From: Camelus dromedarius
Taxonomy: Eukaryota
Direction: 5' to 3'
Length of the DNA: 64,000 bases
NCBI RefSeq assembly: GCF_036321535.1
Contig: NC_087447.1
Coordinates: forward strand, 44,146,001-44,210,000
In this document: positions 11,380 through 25,252 of the stretch, piece after piece
Layout: each line of letters starts with the position of its first letter
How positions within the stretch are numbered: the first letter of the stretch is position 1
Position numbers and translations under genes: made by a program
The notes under the pieces: generated by a model
What the model saw: only the letters and a program-made list of their open reading frames with translations
Told to the model about the DNA's origin: nothing
The model's database searches: none

Positions 11380-14300
11380 TCTTTTCATTTAACATATGCA
11401 GTGAACTTTTATCCAAGTATGTTTTGGTAGCATGAGTTTTAAAGATTATATAGTTTTTCATTCCAGGTATGTGCCATGCGTTATTTAAATTTCCTTTTAA
11501 AAAAACTTAAGTTTTTCCCAATATTTTACTATTATAAACAACTAATAATAAATATTCTTATACATAACTTATTAAGTGTATCTCTATTTCCTCAAAATAT
11601 GCTCTGGGAAATAGGATAACAGATTCAAAGGATATAAACATGTTTTAGGCTTTTGAAAACTTAAGCTCTTTTGTAGAAATACTGCATGAACTAACTACTA
11701 CAACCTTTTGATGAAAGTTCCTGTGTTGTTGAACCTTTACCAGCACTGAATATTACTTTTAAAATTTAGCCTTGAATTGCACCCTTTCAGTCTTTATTAA
11801 GAGCGACTATTTTAAACATATACGTATTGGTCATTTCATTCCTTCTCTGATAAATTGACTCAACATACATTATTTTTTTTCCTACTGAGTTTTTGTTTCC
11901 ATTTGATAAAATGTACTCTTTGTATATAAAATATATAAACTATTTGTTATATGCTGTAAGTATTTCTCCTATTTTATCATTTCCCTTTTACTTTTAAGGA
12001 CTTCTTTGTTGATATAACTTGAATTTACATCAAGTGAAATATTTTTTCTTTTTCTTTTTCTTTTTATGTATAGTTTTATGCTTTGAAAGCTCTTCTCCAT
12101 TCCCAAATCTAATATGTAATTACTTTTATTTTCCTCAATTATTTTTTATAGCTTCACGTATTTTAAAAGTTTAACTCTTAAACCTATCAGGTATTTATTT
12201 TGGTGTGAGAAATGATGGGAGAACATAAAACATTCTGTTTTTTTCCCACTTACTTTCCTAGTAACATCTGCTTTCTCCACTGACTGTGGTGCTAACTTTT
12301 CATATACTAAATTACTATATTATTAACACACACATGCCCTCATGCACCCAGGTCACTTTTGGGGCTGTCCTGTTTCATGGGTCCATTTCTCAATTCTTAG
12401 ACAGGTAGAAGAATGTATTTAATTTTATTCCTTTATATGTAGTGCATTTAATCGGCAATGAAGAGGAATTTCCCCTTTCATTTTCACTCAATGAGGATAA
12501 GGAAAAGGAAGGAAATAGCTCATATATTGGGAACATTCCACAGAATAATATTATGATGATTTTCATTTTGGAGAAAAGGAAGTAAAAGTTACATATGGTA
12601 ACTTTTAGATATTGGATATATTAGCCTGTTAGTATGTTTTATTACTATAGCATATCAAAATACAAGCCCTGGACCCACTACCTAAGCTTGTTTCATGTCT
12701 CTACCACTTTCTGGTTCTATAAATCAGAGTTACTTAACCAGATTCACATCTATGAAGTGGAGAAATAAAACCTACTATATAGGGTTATTGCAGAGATTAA
12801 ATAAAGTCATACATGTAAGTGATTGACAAATAGAACTAATAATTGGTTGCTATTATATTAGTTAATATTTAAGCTATAATGCGTATCTGGTATAACTCTT
12901 TCTAGTCACTAAGACAAAAGAACTGAGGCATGGAATCTAGCTTAAATTTTTTTTCCAAATAGTGAGTCAGCTGTCCCAGTATCATTAATTAAATAAGCCA
13001 TCTTTTCCCCACAAGTTTAATGTCACCTTTGTCATGTTTAGAATTCACTACAATAGTTGGGTCCATTTCCAGATTTCTAGTCTTTTCCATTAATCATCTT
13101 TTTTCCTGTGTCTACCACACAGTGTTAAAATTATAGAGGCCTTATTAAAGTTTTAATATGCCATTGGGTTAGTCTCCCCTCATTATTCCTTTTTCCTAAT
13201 TTTCTTTTATCTCACAAAAGCACTTGAAAATCAGTTCATGCCCCCCACCCCCAAGTTGTTAGTATTTTGATTGGGAGCCCACTGAAAATTTTGATAAGTT
13301 TAATAAGAACAAAGTTATATTTATTTCTCCCACCTAAGATTGAAGAGTATCTTCCTATTTTTTTCAATCCCTCAGAATTCTAAAATTGTCTTTATAAAGG
13401 TTCCAAGTAGTTTTGTTAAACTTATTTTCAGGAATTTGTATTTTTTAATTGCTATTATAAATGTCATTTAAAAATAACTTAATTATTACTTCTATGTCTG
13501 AACTCTAAGCTATGTAATTGGATTTTATATGTTAATTTGAACATTTATTGGGATATACTACATACATGAAAAATATATGAAAACATATATGTACAATTTA
13601 AAATACAATAACAACATGGATAGCCACCATGTAGACCAGCAAATAGTTTTAAAAGCCCCCTGATAAGCCCACATCTTCATTCCTCCTTCTGCTAGAAAGA
13701 CAACTATTAAACTATTATCTTCAATATTGCATTTTGTATTCCCTACCTTTTTTTTTTTTGAGTTTTAACTACCTATGTCTACATTTCTAAACAAAACTGT
13801 GTAGTTTTGCCTATTTTTGAACATTATATAAATGGAATCACTGCATATATTCTTCTGTGAATGGCTACTTTAACATAGTGTTAGATTTTTACAATGCAGC
13901 CATGTTGATGTAGATGCAGTTTATTTTCACTGCTGTGTACTATTTCACAGTATGAAAAACAGCTTATATATCCAACTTGGTGTTGTTGGGCTTTTTGGAT
14001 TATTTCTAGTTTTTTGCTGGTGAGCAGTGATACTCTAAATGCGCTTGTACATATCTTCTGGTATAAATGTGTAAGTTTCTCTATGGTACAAACCTAGTCC
14101 TGGAATTTCTGGGACACTGAATTCCCTTATAATTGCTAATAATTTTCAGTTGGTTTTCCCAGGAAAACAATCAGACCCTCTACGATAATTTTGTCTGCTT
14201 GCTTTGGCAAGTGCTTTCATATTAATGATTTTAAAATAGTGAATTTGTGGTATCCTTGTTTCCAATTTTAATGAGAATGCTTTTAATGATTTACCTTTGG

Positions 14301-14520
14301 ATTTGAGATATATTTGCATTTCTTTATTTTTCTGTAGCTAACTTGCTTTGTTTGTAGTTTTAAAGAAAGGATCAGTGGTGAATTTTAAGAAATAACTTTT
14401 GGCATTGATTAAAATAATTATATGGCTTTTCTTATTTGACATTATTATGATGGCTTATAGTTAATAGAGTTCCCCTTTGAACCTTCCTTTACCTTTTGGA
14501 ATAAGCTACTAGTTCATCAT
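11380..14520 (-). mobile_element. Degenerate antisense L1 (L1ME-like) fragments with MIR pieces
   Basis: T-rich, with L1 ORF2/3'UTR antisense motifs (atataaatggaatca, ttattttcactgctgtgtactatt). Boundaries approximate. Confidence 0.5.
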
Positions 14521-14552
14521 GCTATAATATACTTTGGTATTGTAGCAGATTA

Positions 14553-14681
14553 ATTTAATTCTTTGGGTGCGGAGAATTAGGTTTATTTATTTATTTAATT
14601 AAAATGGAATTACTGGGGATTGAACCCAGGACCTCATGCACGCTAAGCAGGTGCTCTACTACTGAGCTATACTCTACCCCC
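14553..14681 (-). mobile_element. tRNA-derived SINE (Vic-1 type) inserted at the 5' edge of a MaLR LTR
   Basis: ggggattgaacccaggacctcatgcacgctaagcaggtgctctactactgagctatac; same family as 3186-3306. Confidence 0.85.
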
Positions 14682-15231
14682 TGTAGATTGCATTTTCCAA
14701 AGATGGCCATAACTATAATTTACCCTATCCTTCACGCTCTTCTTACAATGTGACTTTCATTCTTTCCACCAATAGGTGGGATTGTGTCCCCTCCTGTCAA
14801 ATTTGGCTGGGGCATGTGTTTGCCTCAGCCAGTGGAGCACAGCGGAAGTGATGATATGTGACTTCCCAGGCTAATTCATTAAAAAGGATGCAGGTTTTGC
14901 TTGCCTTTCTTTCTCAAGAAACTTGTCACCATGTTGAGGGGCATCCCAGGCCACATGAAAGGACCAATTAAAAAGAAACTGAGACCTTCCATCAACAATC
15001 ACAGTCAACCTGCCAGCCATGTGAGTGAGCCACCCTAGAAGTGAATCCTCCAACCCAGTCAAGCTTTTAGATGGCAACTCAACAACAATCCCATGAGAAA
15101 TCCAAGTCAGAACTGCCCAGCCAAGCCACCCCTGAATTTCTGACCCAGAGAAACCGTGAAAGATAATAATTATTGTTTTAAGCCACTAAGTTTTGAAATA
15201 ACTAGTTATGCATCAGTAGATTATAAATACA
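14682..15231 (+). mobile_element. MaLR LTR (MLT1 family)
   Basis: caaagatggcc...gcggaagtgatgatatgtgacttcc...agccactaagttttg...gttatgcatcagtagattataaataca. Confidence 0.8.
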
Positions 15232-16153
15232 GGTGTTGCTGCAGTTTATCAACCTTATATTTTACTTTATTTCTGAAGTTTCTATCAAGATTCATTACTA
15301 ATATAGAGCTATAGTTTTCTAACATTTGCTGTCTTAGTGTTTTCCTAAATTTCTTAAAATTTTTGACAATTATTGTATACCTTGGAATAATTTAATAGAA
15401 TCAAATAATCTGTTCTTTGAAAATTTGAAAGACTTCATCTGAGGAAACTTTTGGGTTGTGTGAAGATAATATTTCATATTTCTTTGATAACTTGACTAAT
15501 TTCTTTCCCAATATCTGATCTGCTCAGGTTTGTTTTCCTTCTTCTCAGGGCCATACTGAGTGGTTTTCTAGGAAAAAATATATTTCCCATTCAGATTTTC
15601 AGATTTATGTTCTAAAGAATTGTGGAAAGTGCCTACCGAAGATTCAACTAATCTTTGCTATTTCCCTAATCTCATTTTTAACTTTTTTCTATTTGTGCTC
15701 ATCCCTTTTTGTCTCCTTTGGTAGCTTGTTGGGGATTAATCTATTTTATTGTTAATATTTTCCCCCTGAAGAACTGGCTTTTGGATTCATTTAGCAATGG
15801 TAAATGTTTTTCAATTCCAACATTTTATTTCACTAACTCTGTAACTTTCCCTTTAACATTCAAGTTTTTAATCCATCTAGTATTCCCATGTATATGATAT
15901 GTTGGAGCCCAGTTTTATTTTTTCTCATATACTTAATCAGTTTCACAACACCATCTAGTATAAATAATTCATTCTTTCCTCTTTGATTTTTAATGCCATC
16001 TTTCTTGTTAATAGGTTTTCATATATGAACAAGAATATTGCTTAGTCGTTGAGTCCTCAGTTCTGTTCCACTGGGCTGTTCTGATTTTACTACTGTAGTT
16101 TGGTGATATGTCACTATCTGGTAGGACAAGTCTTCCTGCTTGGTTGAACTAAG

Positions 16154-16855
16154 TTTTTTTTTTTTTTTTGAAGTATAGTCAGTTTACAATGTTGTGTCAG
16201 TTTCTCTTGTATAGCACAATGTTTCAATCATACATGAGTATACATATATTTGTTTTCATATTCTTTTTCACCATAAGCTACTACTAGATATCAAATATAG
16301 TTCCCTATGCTATACAGTATAAACTTGTTTACCTACTTTATATTATATCAGTCAGTATCTGCAAATCTCGAACTTCCAGTTTATCCCTTCCCACCCCCAC
16401 CCCCTCTGGTAACCGTAAGTTTGTTTTCTATGTTTGTGAGTCTGTTTCTGCATTATATATAAGTTCATTTGTCTTTTTTTTTTTTAGATTCCACTTATAA
16501 ATGATATCATATGGTATTTTTCTTTCTCTTTCTGGCTTACTTCACTTAGAATGACATTCTCCAAGGCCATCCATGTTGCTGAAAATGGCATTATTTTATT
16601 ACTTTTTATGGCTGAGTAGTATTCCATTGTATAAATATACCACAACTTCTTTATCCAGTCATCTGTTGATGGACATTTAGGTTGTTTCCAAGTCTTGGCT
16701 ATTGTAAATAGTGCTGCTATGAACATTGGGGTGCAGGTGTCCCTCTGGATACATGCCCAGGAGTGGGATGGCTGGATCATGTGGCAAATCTATTTTTAGT
16801 TTTTTTTGTGAATCTCCATACTGTTTTGCACAATGGCTGCACCAAACTGCATTCC
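16154..16855 (-). mobile_element. Relatively young 5'-truncated L1 (ORF2 C-terminus plus 3'UTR)
   Basis: ORF 16484..16780 DTCTPMFIAALFTIAKTWKQPKCPSTDDWIKKLWYIYTMEYYSAIK is the L1 ORF2 C-terminus. Poly(T) on + and an imperfect TSD aactaag/aactaaa. Confidence 0.92.
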
Positions 16856-19309
16856 AACTAAATCTTTGTGGACTTCTTTTCCCTACTTATAAATTTTAGA
16901 GAAAAAGTATATCCCTGTGTTTTGTTTATAATCATACTTTTAAAAAATCAGACTTGCAGAGATCTGACTTATTAAATTTTTAAGAGCATCTTTTGGCTTT
17001 ATGCGTTTTCTCAGTCATCTGTTTGTTACATCTTTGACTTTCAGCTTTATCCTTCTTTTTTGAAGTCTGCCCCTTTTTGAGGGGGGTGAGGATTTCTCTT
17101 TTCTAAGTTTCTGAGTTGAATGCTTAGGTTTTTTATCTCTAGCCATTCTTATTTCCTTTAAGTATTTATTTATTTGAGTCTTGAAATTTTTGATGTGTAA
17201 TTATTATTATTCAATTCAAATTTTTCTTTTTTATCATTATATTGTCCTTTAAATCCAAGGGATATTTAATATGTTACTTGGATTCCAGAAGTGTAGGTTT
17301 TTTAATTCCATTGTTGATAGTTCCTAAGTTTATTACATTGTAGCTAGAGAATGTATTCTGCATTATAGACCAATACATGGCCAATCCTGTAACAGTACTG
17401 TGGGTTCATGAAAAAAATATGTATTTTTACATTTATTATAATTACTGCTATTTTTGCCATCATATACTTTCTTTCTTTGAAACAGGATGTCTTCTGTTTT
17501 TATTTTGTTTTGTTCTTTATAGATCCTACTTTGGTTCTTATGGTGGTTGCCCTTAACTTGAAACCCATGTTAATTTTGATTTATGCCCACTGACTTCTCA
17601 AACTTATTAATATCTAAGAAGTTTTTCTACAAAGACAAGTACTTTAGCCTACGCTCATGTCCCTTTTCTCCATCCCTCCCTTATCAGCTGTTTGTATTGT
17701 CAACAGCCGTAGTTCAGGGTAGGTGTAGATATGCTCTCTCTTTTTCTTTTCTTTTTTTGTTCCAGGTTTTGTTTATCTGATTTCATTTGTTTTCATTTGT
17801 TTTATGATCACAATACACTTTATTAAGGTACTTGATCACCTTTCCTTATTATATCTTATGCAGCCTTTCTTGGATTTGTTTCTCTTCTTAAATGATTTGT
17901 TAAAAATATAGAGAGGTAAGTGTATATGTTTAAAGCATATATAGGTTAACTATTAAAAAACAGAAGTTTTATGTATGAAATCAAAATCATAGAGGAAAAA
18001 ATAGGAGGCAATAAAAAATAAAACTCAAAGAGAAGACAGGAAAAGATGGAGGAAGAATTTTTAAAAATAATAAGTAAGATTTTAGAAATAAGTCCAAATA
18101 TATTAGCAATCACAGTAAATGAACATGGATAAAACTTACCTATAAAAAAATTAGCCATACAGATTTGATGAAAAACAAAGTCTTGCTCTATGCTATTTGC
18201 AAGAGACCTACCTAAAATAATGCCACAAAAATTAGATTTATTAATCATGAACTAATATACAGTTAAGAATGAGTTTCAAATTTGTATATAGCAAAACCTG
18301 ACAAAATAATAAGAATGAATCAAAATTTCAAATACATAAAGAATTATTTTAACAGACCTTTCTTAAAAAGGACTTTTTAAATAAGACTTTAATAGTTGGA
18401 AAGATAACTGTGTTTATGGATAGGAAGACAAGAGGGATGTCAAGTTTACATAATGTTCTGGGGGAGGTTTATTTATATAGAAAGAGAAGAGAGTGGGAAA
18501 TTATCAAGCTCCCTGGAGAAATGGTGAATCTTGGTCAGTATAGAAAAGGCAACAAAACTGAACCTATGACATTTGTTGTGGTAAAGTAAGGATGTTCTCA
18601 AACACTGAAAGGGATCATGTCACAAGAGCCCAGAGCCAGCCTGAAAGAAATCCCACTAATCTAAGATAAGGGGGGGGGTGTTGAACATCTAAAAGAAAAA
18701 GTACTGCAATTTGATCAAAACACATCAAATATGTAAAAATCAATGAATTCATAAAAATGCTGAAAAGCAAAATAATACAAATCGTATGAGTTGTAGTTGG
18801 TGGTTACTTTGTCCCATCTCATTACTCTGCAAATTGATTTTTTAAATGGGGTACTTTGGAAGTAATCAAGCATTTATCCTTTTTTGATTGGACAACATTT
18901 CAGGGTAACCAGAAAATTTGTGATGGGGAGTTCTTCATTATAGGATTACAGCTCATATATGCACAAGGAATAGCAGAATTAGAAAACCAAATTGCAATTC
19001 TGAATGAAATAACAGATCTAAGAAATAGTCATCATTTACTGCTAAAACTTTGAGTGAAAGATTTATGGGAAACATTAGAATCGAAGGACTGCACTGACAG
19101 CACTTGAACCCACTGCTTAGTAAATTTAGCAACCCTAAAGTACCATAACAGGAAGTATATAGCAGGTATTCTTGTCAGAAAAAAAAATGAACTTTAGTCT
19201 TCAGAGGCTTCGGGAATAAAAGGACCAAGTAACAGGAATGGAATAAAGAACAAGTAAAAACACCACAAGGAAACAGTTAGCCAAATAATTGATGAGGGAT
19301 GTTCTGTAA

Positions 19310-19494
19310 AAGTGCTATTCAAAGTCCAGTCCCTGGTCCAGCAGCATTAGCATCACATGAGAGCTTATTATAAATGAATCTTGGGTCCTACCTAGGACCT
19401 AATGAATCAGAGTCTCTGGAGATGGGGCCCAGGAAACTGTGCTTTAACAAGTTCTCCAGGTGATTCTGATACTTAATGAATTTTGAGAACCAGT
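19310..19494. mobile_element. MER5A hAT-Charlie MITE
   Basis: ccagcagcattagcatcac...gaatcagagtctctgg...tttaacaagttctccaggtgattctgat...ttgagaacca. Confidence 0.8.
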
Positions 19495-20707
19495 TTTCTA
19501 CACAATAAATGTCTGGGTTTCTTTAACAAATCAATGGCATGATAAATTAAAAAAATTAAAAGGTAGAAGGATACTGTTACAGACAAGAGAGATTTAAGAA
19601 ACATACAGTAACCAAATATAAGTTGTAGATCTTTTTTGGATCCTGATTCAGACAATTCAGCTGTAACAAGTATTAATTTGAAGTGAATGTTAGATATTAA
19701 GTACTATTAATTTTGTTAGGCAGTTAGGTTTTTTAAAGTCCCTATTAGTTAGTGAAAGATATATATTGAACTATTTCTGAAATAATTATATGTGAAATGA
19801 TTTAGGCTTGGGATTTGCTTTCAAATACTCCAGCAAATAATAATAACAATAATATTAATAATGGGGGAAGCAGAGGATTGAAATAAGTTTGACAAAATAA
19901 TATAATATATATTGATATATTTATATATATAAATGATAATTATTGAGTTGTTATATGGGACCTCACTATATTGTCCTCTTTATTACTCTTGTGAATGTTT
20001 GAAATTTTCCATACTCTGTTGATGATGCAAAGTCTTGTAGCAATTATGACAGAAACTTAATCAGTTCTGGTTGGTGGTACACAAAGGGCTATAATTTCAT
20101 TTCTCATAAAATCACTGCTAATCTAGTGTAATACTGTTTCCTTTCATTTTACCTTATGTAATATTAATAATGCAAAAGTGACTTCATTTTTGTCCACATT
20201 TTTGTTATAGATTAGCCTATCTTAATTTTAATCTTTTAGAATTCAGTAGTTCAGTGTGTCTCTTCTAAGCAGTATGCCTCTATACTTTAAAACTGTTTTA
20301 ATATCCTTTTGTCTATTAATAAATTTAGTTGCCATCTTAATTTATTCTTTATGTAACTTCCTTCTTTTTCCATCTCTAGGTGTTTTGTACCTACTAATTT
20401 TGAATGTAGGTGTCCTGCTTTTAACTTTTCTAGTGGGGGAAATCATTTGCAACATATTTTAAAAAATATTTTCAAGGGAAGTTTTATAGTGTTTTTTAGT
20501 AAACTGAAATGCACATGCCTAAAGGTTCTAATTCTGGAAATGTATCATCTAGATATGTTATTACAAGTGAGTGTTGTTCAATGATACATTTGAGAGAGTT
20601 GATCACTGCTCTATTGAGATAGCCAGGAAACTAGAAATAGTGTGCATCGGTTTGGGAACAGTTAAATCCTGGAACATCATAAAGTGAAATGCCATGCAAC
20701 ATGTACA

Positions 20708-21247
20708 ATATCTTAGTCATCTATTGCTGCATAATAAATTATACTTAGCAGCTTAAATTAACAAACATTTGTTATCTCACTCAGTTTCTAAGGGTCAGGA
20801 ATCTGGAGCAACATAGCAGTGGGGTTCTGGCTCAGGGCTTCTCATGAGGTTGCAGTCAAGCTGTCAGCAGGCCTTTGTCACTGGAAGGCTTCACTGGGGC
20901 TGGAGGATCCACTGCTAAGATGCTAAGTCACTCACATGACTATTGGCAGATGCCTCATTTCTCATTGAGGACAGATAGCCTCAGTTCCTCACCACGTGGG
21001 CCTCTCCACAGGACTGCCTAAGTATTCTCACAACATGAGAGGTAGCTTCTCCCAGAGTGACTGATCCGACAAAAAGAGCAAGGAGGAATCTTTTATGAGC
21101 TAGTCTCGAAAGTTGCACACCATTGCTTCCCCTTTTGCTTTTTCTTCTATTCATCATCGGCTCACGTTCAAGGGGTGGGGAATTAGGCTCCACTTTTTGA
21201 AGGGAAGGGTACCAAATAATTTGTGGGCATATTTTAAAATCACCACA
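20708..21247 (-). mobile_element. MaLR LTR (MLT1F-like)
   Basis: ctattgctgcataa...gggtcaggaatctggagc...ctcatgaggttgcagtcaagctgtc...catattttaaaatcaccaca. Confidence 0.8.
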
Positions 21248-21532
21248 AATAAGATAGGTCTATATGTACTGTAATGGGAAGTTGTACACTACATGTTATA
21301 TGAAAAAAGCAAACTGCAGAATGATCATGTCTTTGTTACAGAAAAACATTAGCAGGCTATGTATGTATGAAAAGCGTCAGAAAGGATACAGTGAAAACTC
21401 TAGTTGTTATTTTTAAGTTATTTGGGGAGGGTTGGCTTTCAATTTTTATTTGTATTACTTCAGCATTGTTATAATTTTTATGAACTTATTTTCAGTAAAA
21501 GAAAATAGACTCTTAATCTCTAGTATATTTTT

Positions 21533-21663
21533 AATTTATTTTGGGGGCGGGGTAGGTAACTAGGTTTACTTATTTATTTATTTTTCAGAGGACATACCTG
21601 GGATCAAATCCAGGACCTCGTGCATGCTAAGCATGCACTCTACCACTTGAGCTGTACCCTCCC
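21533..21663 (-). mobile_element. tRNA-derived SINE (Vic-1 type)
   Basis: Same family, with a perfect TSD ctctagtatattttt at 21518-21532 and 21664-21678. Confidence 0.88.
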
Positions 21664-22359
21664 CTCTAGTATATTTTTTAAATAAATTCTTAAATCTTTG
21701 TTAAAATAACAAAGCCAATAACAACAGACTGGGTTTTGTTTACTGTACATTTTACAGAATGTAGGACCAGTGAATTCATTTATCACAATGACACCAAATT
21801 TTCATCTTCTGAGGATCCCAGGTTTCTTATTTATATACTCGTTTGTTTGTGTTAAAGTAGACTTACTGCCTTTAAAATTTTTTAACATTTATTTTATAAA
21901 CATTTAAAAATAAACAGCACTGAATTTTCTCATTCTTGAATTCTGATTTGTGATTAATGTTTCATTTTTTTAGGCATGGATTATCATTTAGTTTATTTGG
22001 AAAATAGTACTTGGGTGGTATATTTTAAATCCTTGAATATTTCAGTATATCTTCCTTTTGCCTTTCTACGTTAACACAATATGGCTGTACTTGGAAATAC
22101 TGATTTACAAACCTTCCCAAGTTGTTTTTAAAACTTCTCTCACTTTCGCTTAGTAGGTATGCCTGGGTTTAAAAACCACCACTTTGTAACTACATGACCT
22201 TGTACTTAATCTTGCTAAATGTTAATTTCCTCATTCCTTCAATGAAGAGGAATGTTGATAATGATACCTTACTGGATTGTTATAATGATAAATGAGATAA
22301 CATAACCTTCTTCATATAACTGCTAGATAGTATTTAGCTGCTGCGATGATTATAATGAT

Positions 22360-22384
22360 ATGATGATGATGATGATGATGATGA
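22360..22384. repeat. (TGA)n microsatellite
   Basis: About 8 units, read directly. Confidence 0.9.
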
Positions 22385-23049
22385 CAGTCTAGTTTCCTTA
22401 CATTTTATTGTAAATTCCTTAAAAGTATCTATTTATTTTATTCTTGGTATTTACTGAGCATTATAAATTGAACTTTACAGTTGAGAATGTGTCATCAAAG
22501 AAATAAAATGAATTTGTCACCTAACCAACTTATGATGTTATTTCCACTAAAAGAATTGTTTTTAGGTAGTTAGAATACATGCATTTATCTCTTCTTTTTC
22601 TCTAAAACTGCATAATAATAAAAAACTAAGAAATTTATGAACTTACAGTGGTGAAGTTGAAGAGCCATCAGCAAATGAGAAATTGCAACACAAACTTGGA
22701 AGGCAACAAGAGGAGGAGTGGTAAGAGCCACATAGGGCTAAAGACATTACATCCCAGAATACTCCCTAGGGCAGTACAGACAAGAAAGGAACTGATGAGC
22801 CCTGTGAACTTCAGAGAGGCTCACATCCATACCATCTGGGGCAGAGGGCCAGACAAAAAAGAAGATCCTAAAATATTTCCCAAGGGGAAAGAAAAAGTTG
22901 CCTACAAAGGAATTACAGTTTTTTTTTTAATCACTCTTAGCAACACTGAAAGCTTATAAACAGTGAAGCAGTTCTGAGAAAAATTCTTTTCACTCTAGAA
23001 TTCTATACCCAGCCATTTGTGAAGGATAGTAATAAAGACTTCAGGCATA

Positions 23050-23085
23050 GAGTGATTCATATGATTTGAGTGATTCATATGATTC
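23050..23085. repeat. 18-bp tandem duplication gagtgattcatatgatt(t)
   Basis: Two adjacent copies, read directly. Confidence 0.9.
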
Positions 23086-23977
23086 TTGGGAATTCTTCCT
23101 AGTACACATGCTTGGAGATTCTCCTTTAAAGAAAACGTCACCTGTTTCTCACCTTTGCTTTTTTCAGTGGCCACAGGCTTAGCATTCATAGGCCTGACTG
23201 AACTCACTTGGTTATGTGCCTCCCAGTTAATGGAGTGAATCACAAAAGAGGAAGAGTCATATGATCTTGAAAATGGAGCACTAAAGAGTAGCCAGCCCTA
23301 ACTTGAGCAGGAAGATGGACATTTCCAAGATAAAAGGAGTGGGTGAGGGGATGAGACACTACATAAAATAGATTATATAGAGCCTTTCAAAGTAATAAGA
23401 CTTTGAGGACAGTAAATTTATTAAGTAAAAATTAAACAAGTAATTCTCCCAAACAGTATATAATCATATTCAAAATCATATAAGCACTACTTATTGATTT
23501 AACCAGAAAATTAGTGATAATGCTACATGAGGATGAGGAGTGGAGGTATGGGTGGTCGCATCTGATTCCTCATTTCATAGTAGGAAGTAAATAGATAATA
23601 TCTAAGATGATCAATCATGAAGCAATAATATAAGCAACATGAAGCTATATTGGTACAGTTGGGAAACAGTTTTGGTCCAATGTATGTAGACTTTGGAAAA
23701 AAACAAAGTGGCTCTAGCTGTAAAATGGGGATAGTAGTATCTACAATTTAGGATTGCTGTGAGGATTATGTGCAATGTACATGAAGTACTTAGCCCAGTA
23801 GTTAGCAGACAAATGCTTATATAAATGTCTCTTATGATGGTGGTGATGGTGTTCAATGATTTGGATACATTATCTCACGACTTGATCTATATTATTGTGT
23901 CTCCTCTTGCGTTTCTTGATTTTCTTCATTATTGGAGTTCTTTCTCTTTTTGGTTTGCCACTTCTGTTACTTGCTGA

Positions 23978-24226
<249 letters not shown>

Positions 24227-24454
24227 TGAGTATTCTGGTTATTTATCTGGGTGTTATATTGAGGTGGAAGAAATTATTCTAAAAAATGGGTCTTAAATCA
24301 CATGACAAATAGATGACAAAGATATATCTTCCAAACAAGCTATGTAATTAATAGGTATTTGTGATTATTATTATTATTTTCCAGATTACACTTAAAGCAC
24401 AGATTTTCACACATAATTTTGTTTAGTATTAAATTTTTTCTCCATGTACTATTT

Positions 24455-24905
24455 GTGCAAGTTAGCTCTTTCTGTATAATATACAAACTACCCCTAACTT
24501 AGTGACTTAAAATAAACCTTATTATTTTTCATGATTCTGGTTGGTTAGATGGATCTCCTATCATGGAGTGACTTGACTGGGGCTGGATGGTCTAAGATAA
24601 GGCTGGACAGCCTGACTCACATGTCTGGCAGTTGGTCAGTATCAGTGTTATAACGGGCATATGTTGACCATATGTCTCTCTTCAGGGAGGCTAGTCCAGG
24701 CTCATTTACAGGGTGGTGGTCACAGGACTCTCAAAACCATCAAGAAAGGCCAAGCCCCAATGCATAAGCACTTTTCAAGTCTCTCCTTGTATCACTTTTG
24801 TCTTGGTGACAAAAGCATTTTACATAACCAAGTGTAGAGTCGGTGTGGAAAGAAAACACCCAAAGATGTAGAAAAAGTAAAGAGTTGTTTGTACAACCTA
24901 CCACA
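24455..24905 (-). mobile_element. MaLR LTR (MLT1H/J-like) in the last ZNF214 intron
   Basis: ccctaacttagtgacttaaa...gactggggctggatggtctaagat...caagccccaatgcataagcacttttcaagtctct...caacctaccaca. Confidence 0.7.
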
Positions 24906-25252
24906 CTATTCTAGAACAAAAAACCAGAAACCATATTTTTTCTCATAATAATGCCCCGAATAGAATAATCTAATTAAATCTTAGTCTTTAAGACTATTTC
25001 CCTGAAAGCTTTCTCTTTTATTTCTAACAGTACGTGGTAATAAATGCTCAAGATATGTTTTTTGAATGAATGAGTGAATGAATACATCTATAAACAAACA
25101 AATGGATTTCACACCCAAATATGGAGCAGCCTAAGTCACAACCTTCTTCCCCTCTTGCACACACATATATATTCCTGTGATTCTAAAGGTTGTTGCAGAT
25201 TTTTTAAACACAGCTTTCATTTTACCACTGGATTATCTGCTTATTTTTCTAG

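Noticed and set aside
25177..25252. N-terminal extension [10 protein letters not shown]... of the 588-aa ORF
   Set aside because: Intronic sequence upstream of the AG acceptor; the true N-terminus comes from the KRAB exon.
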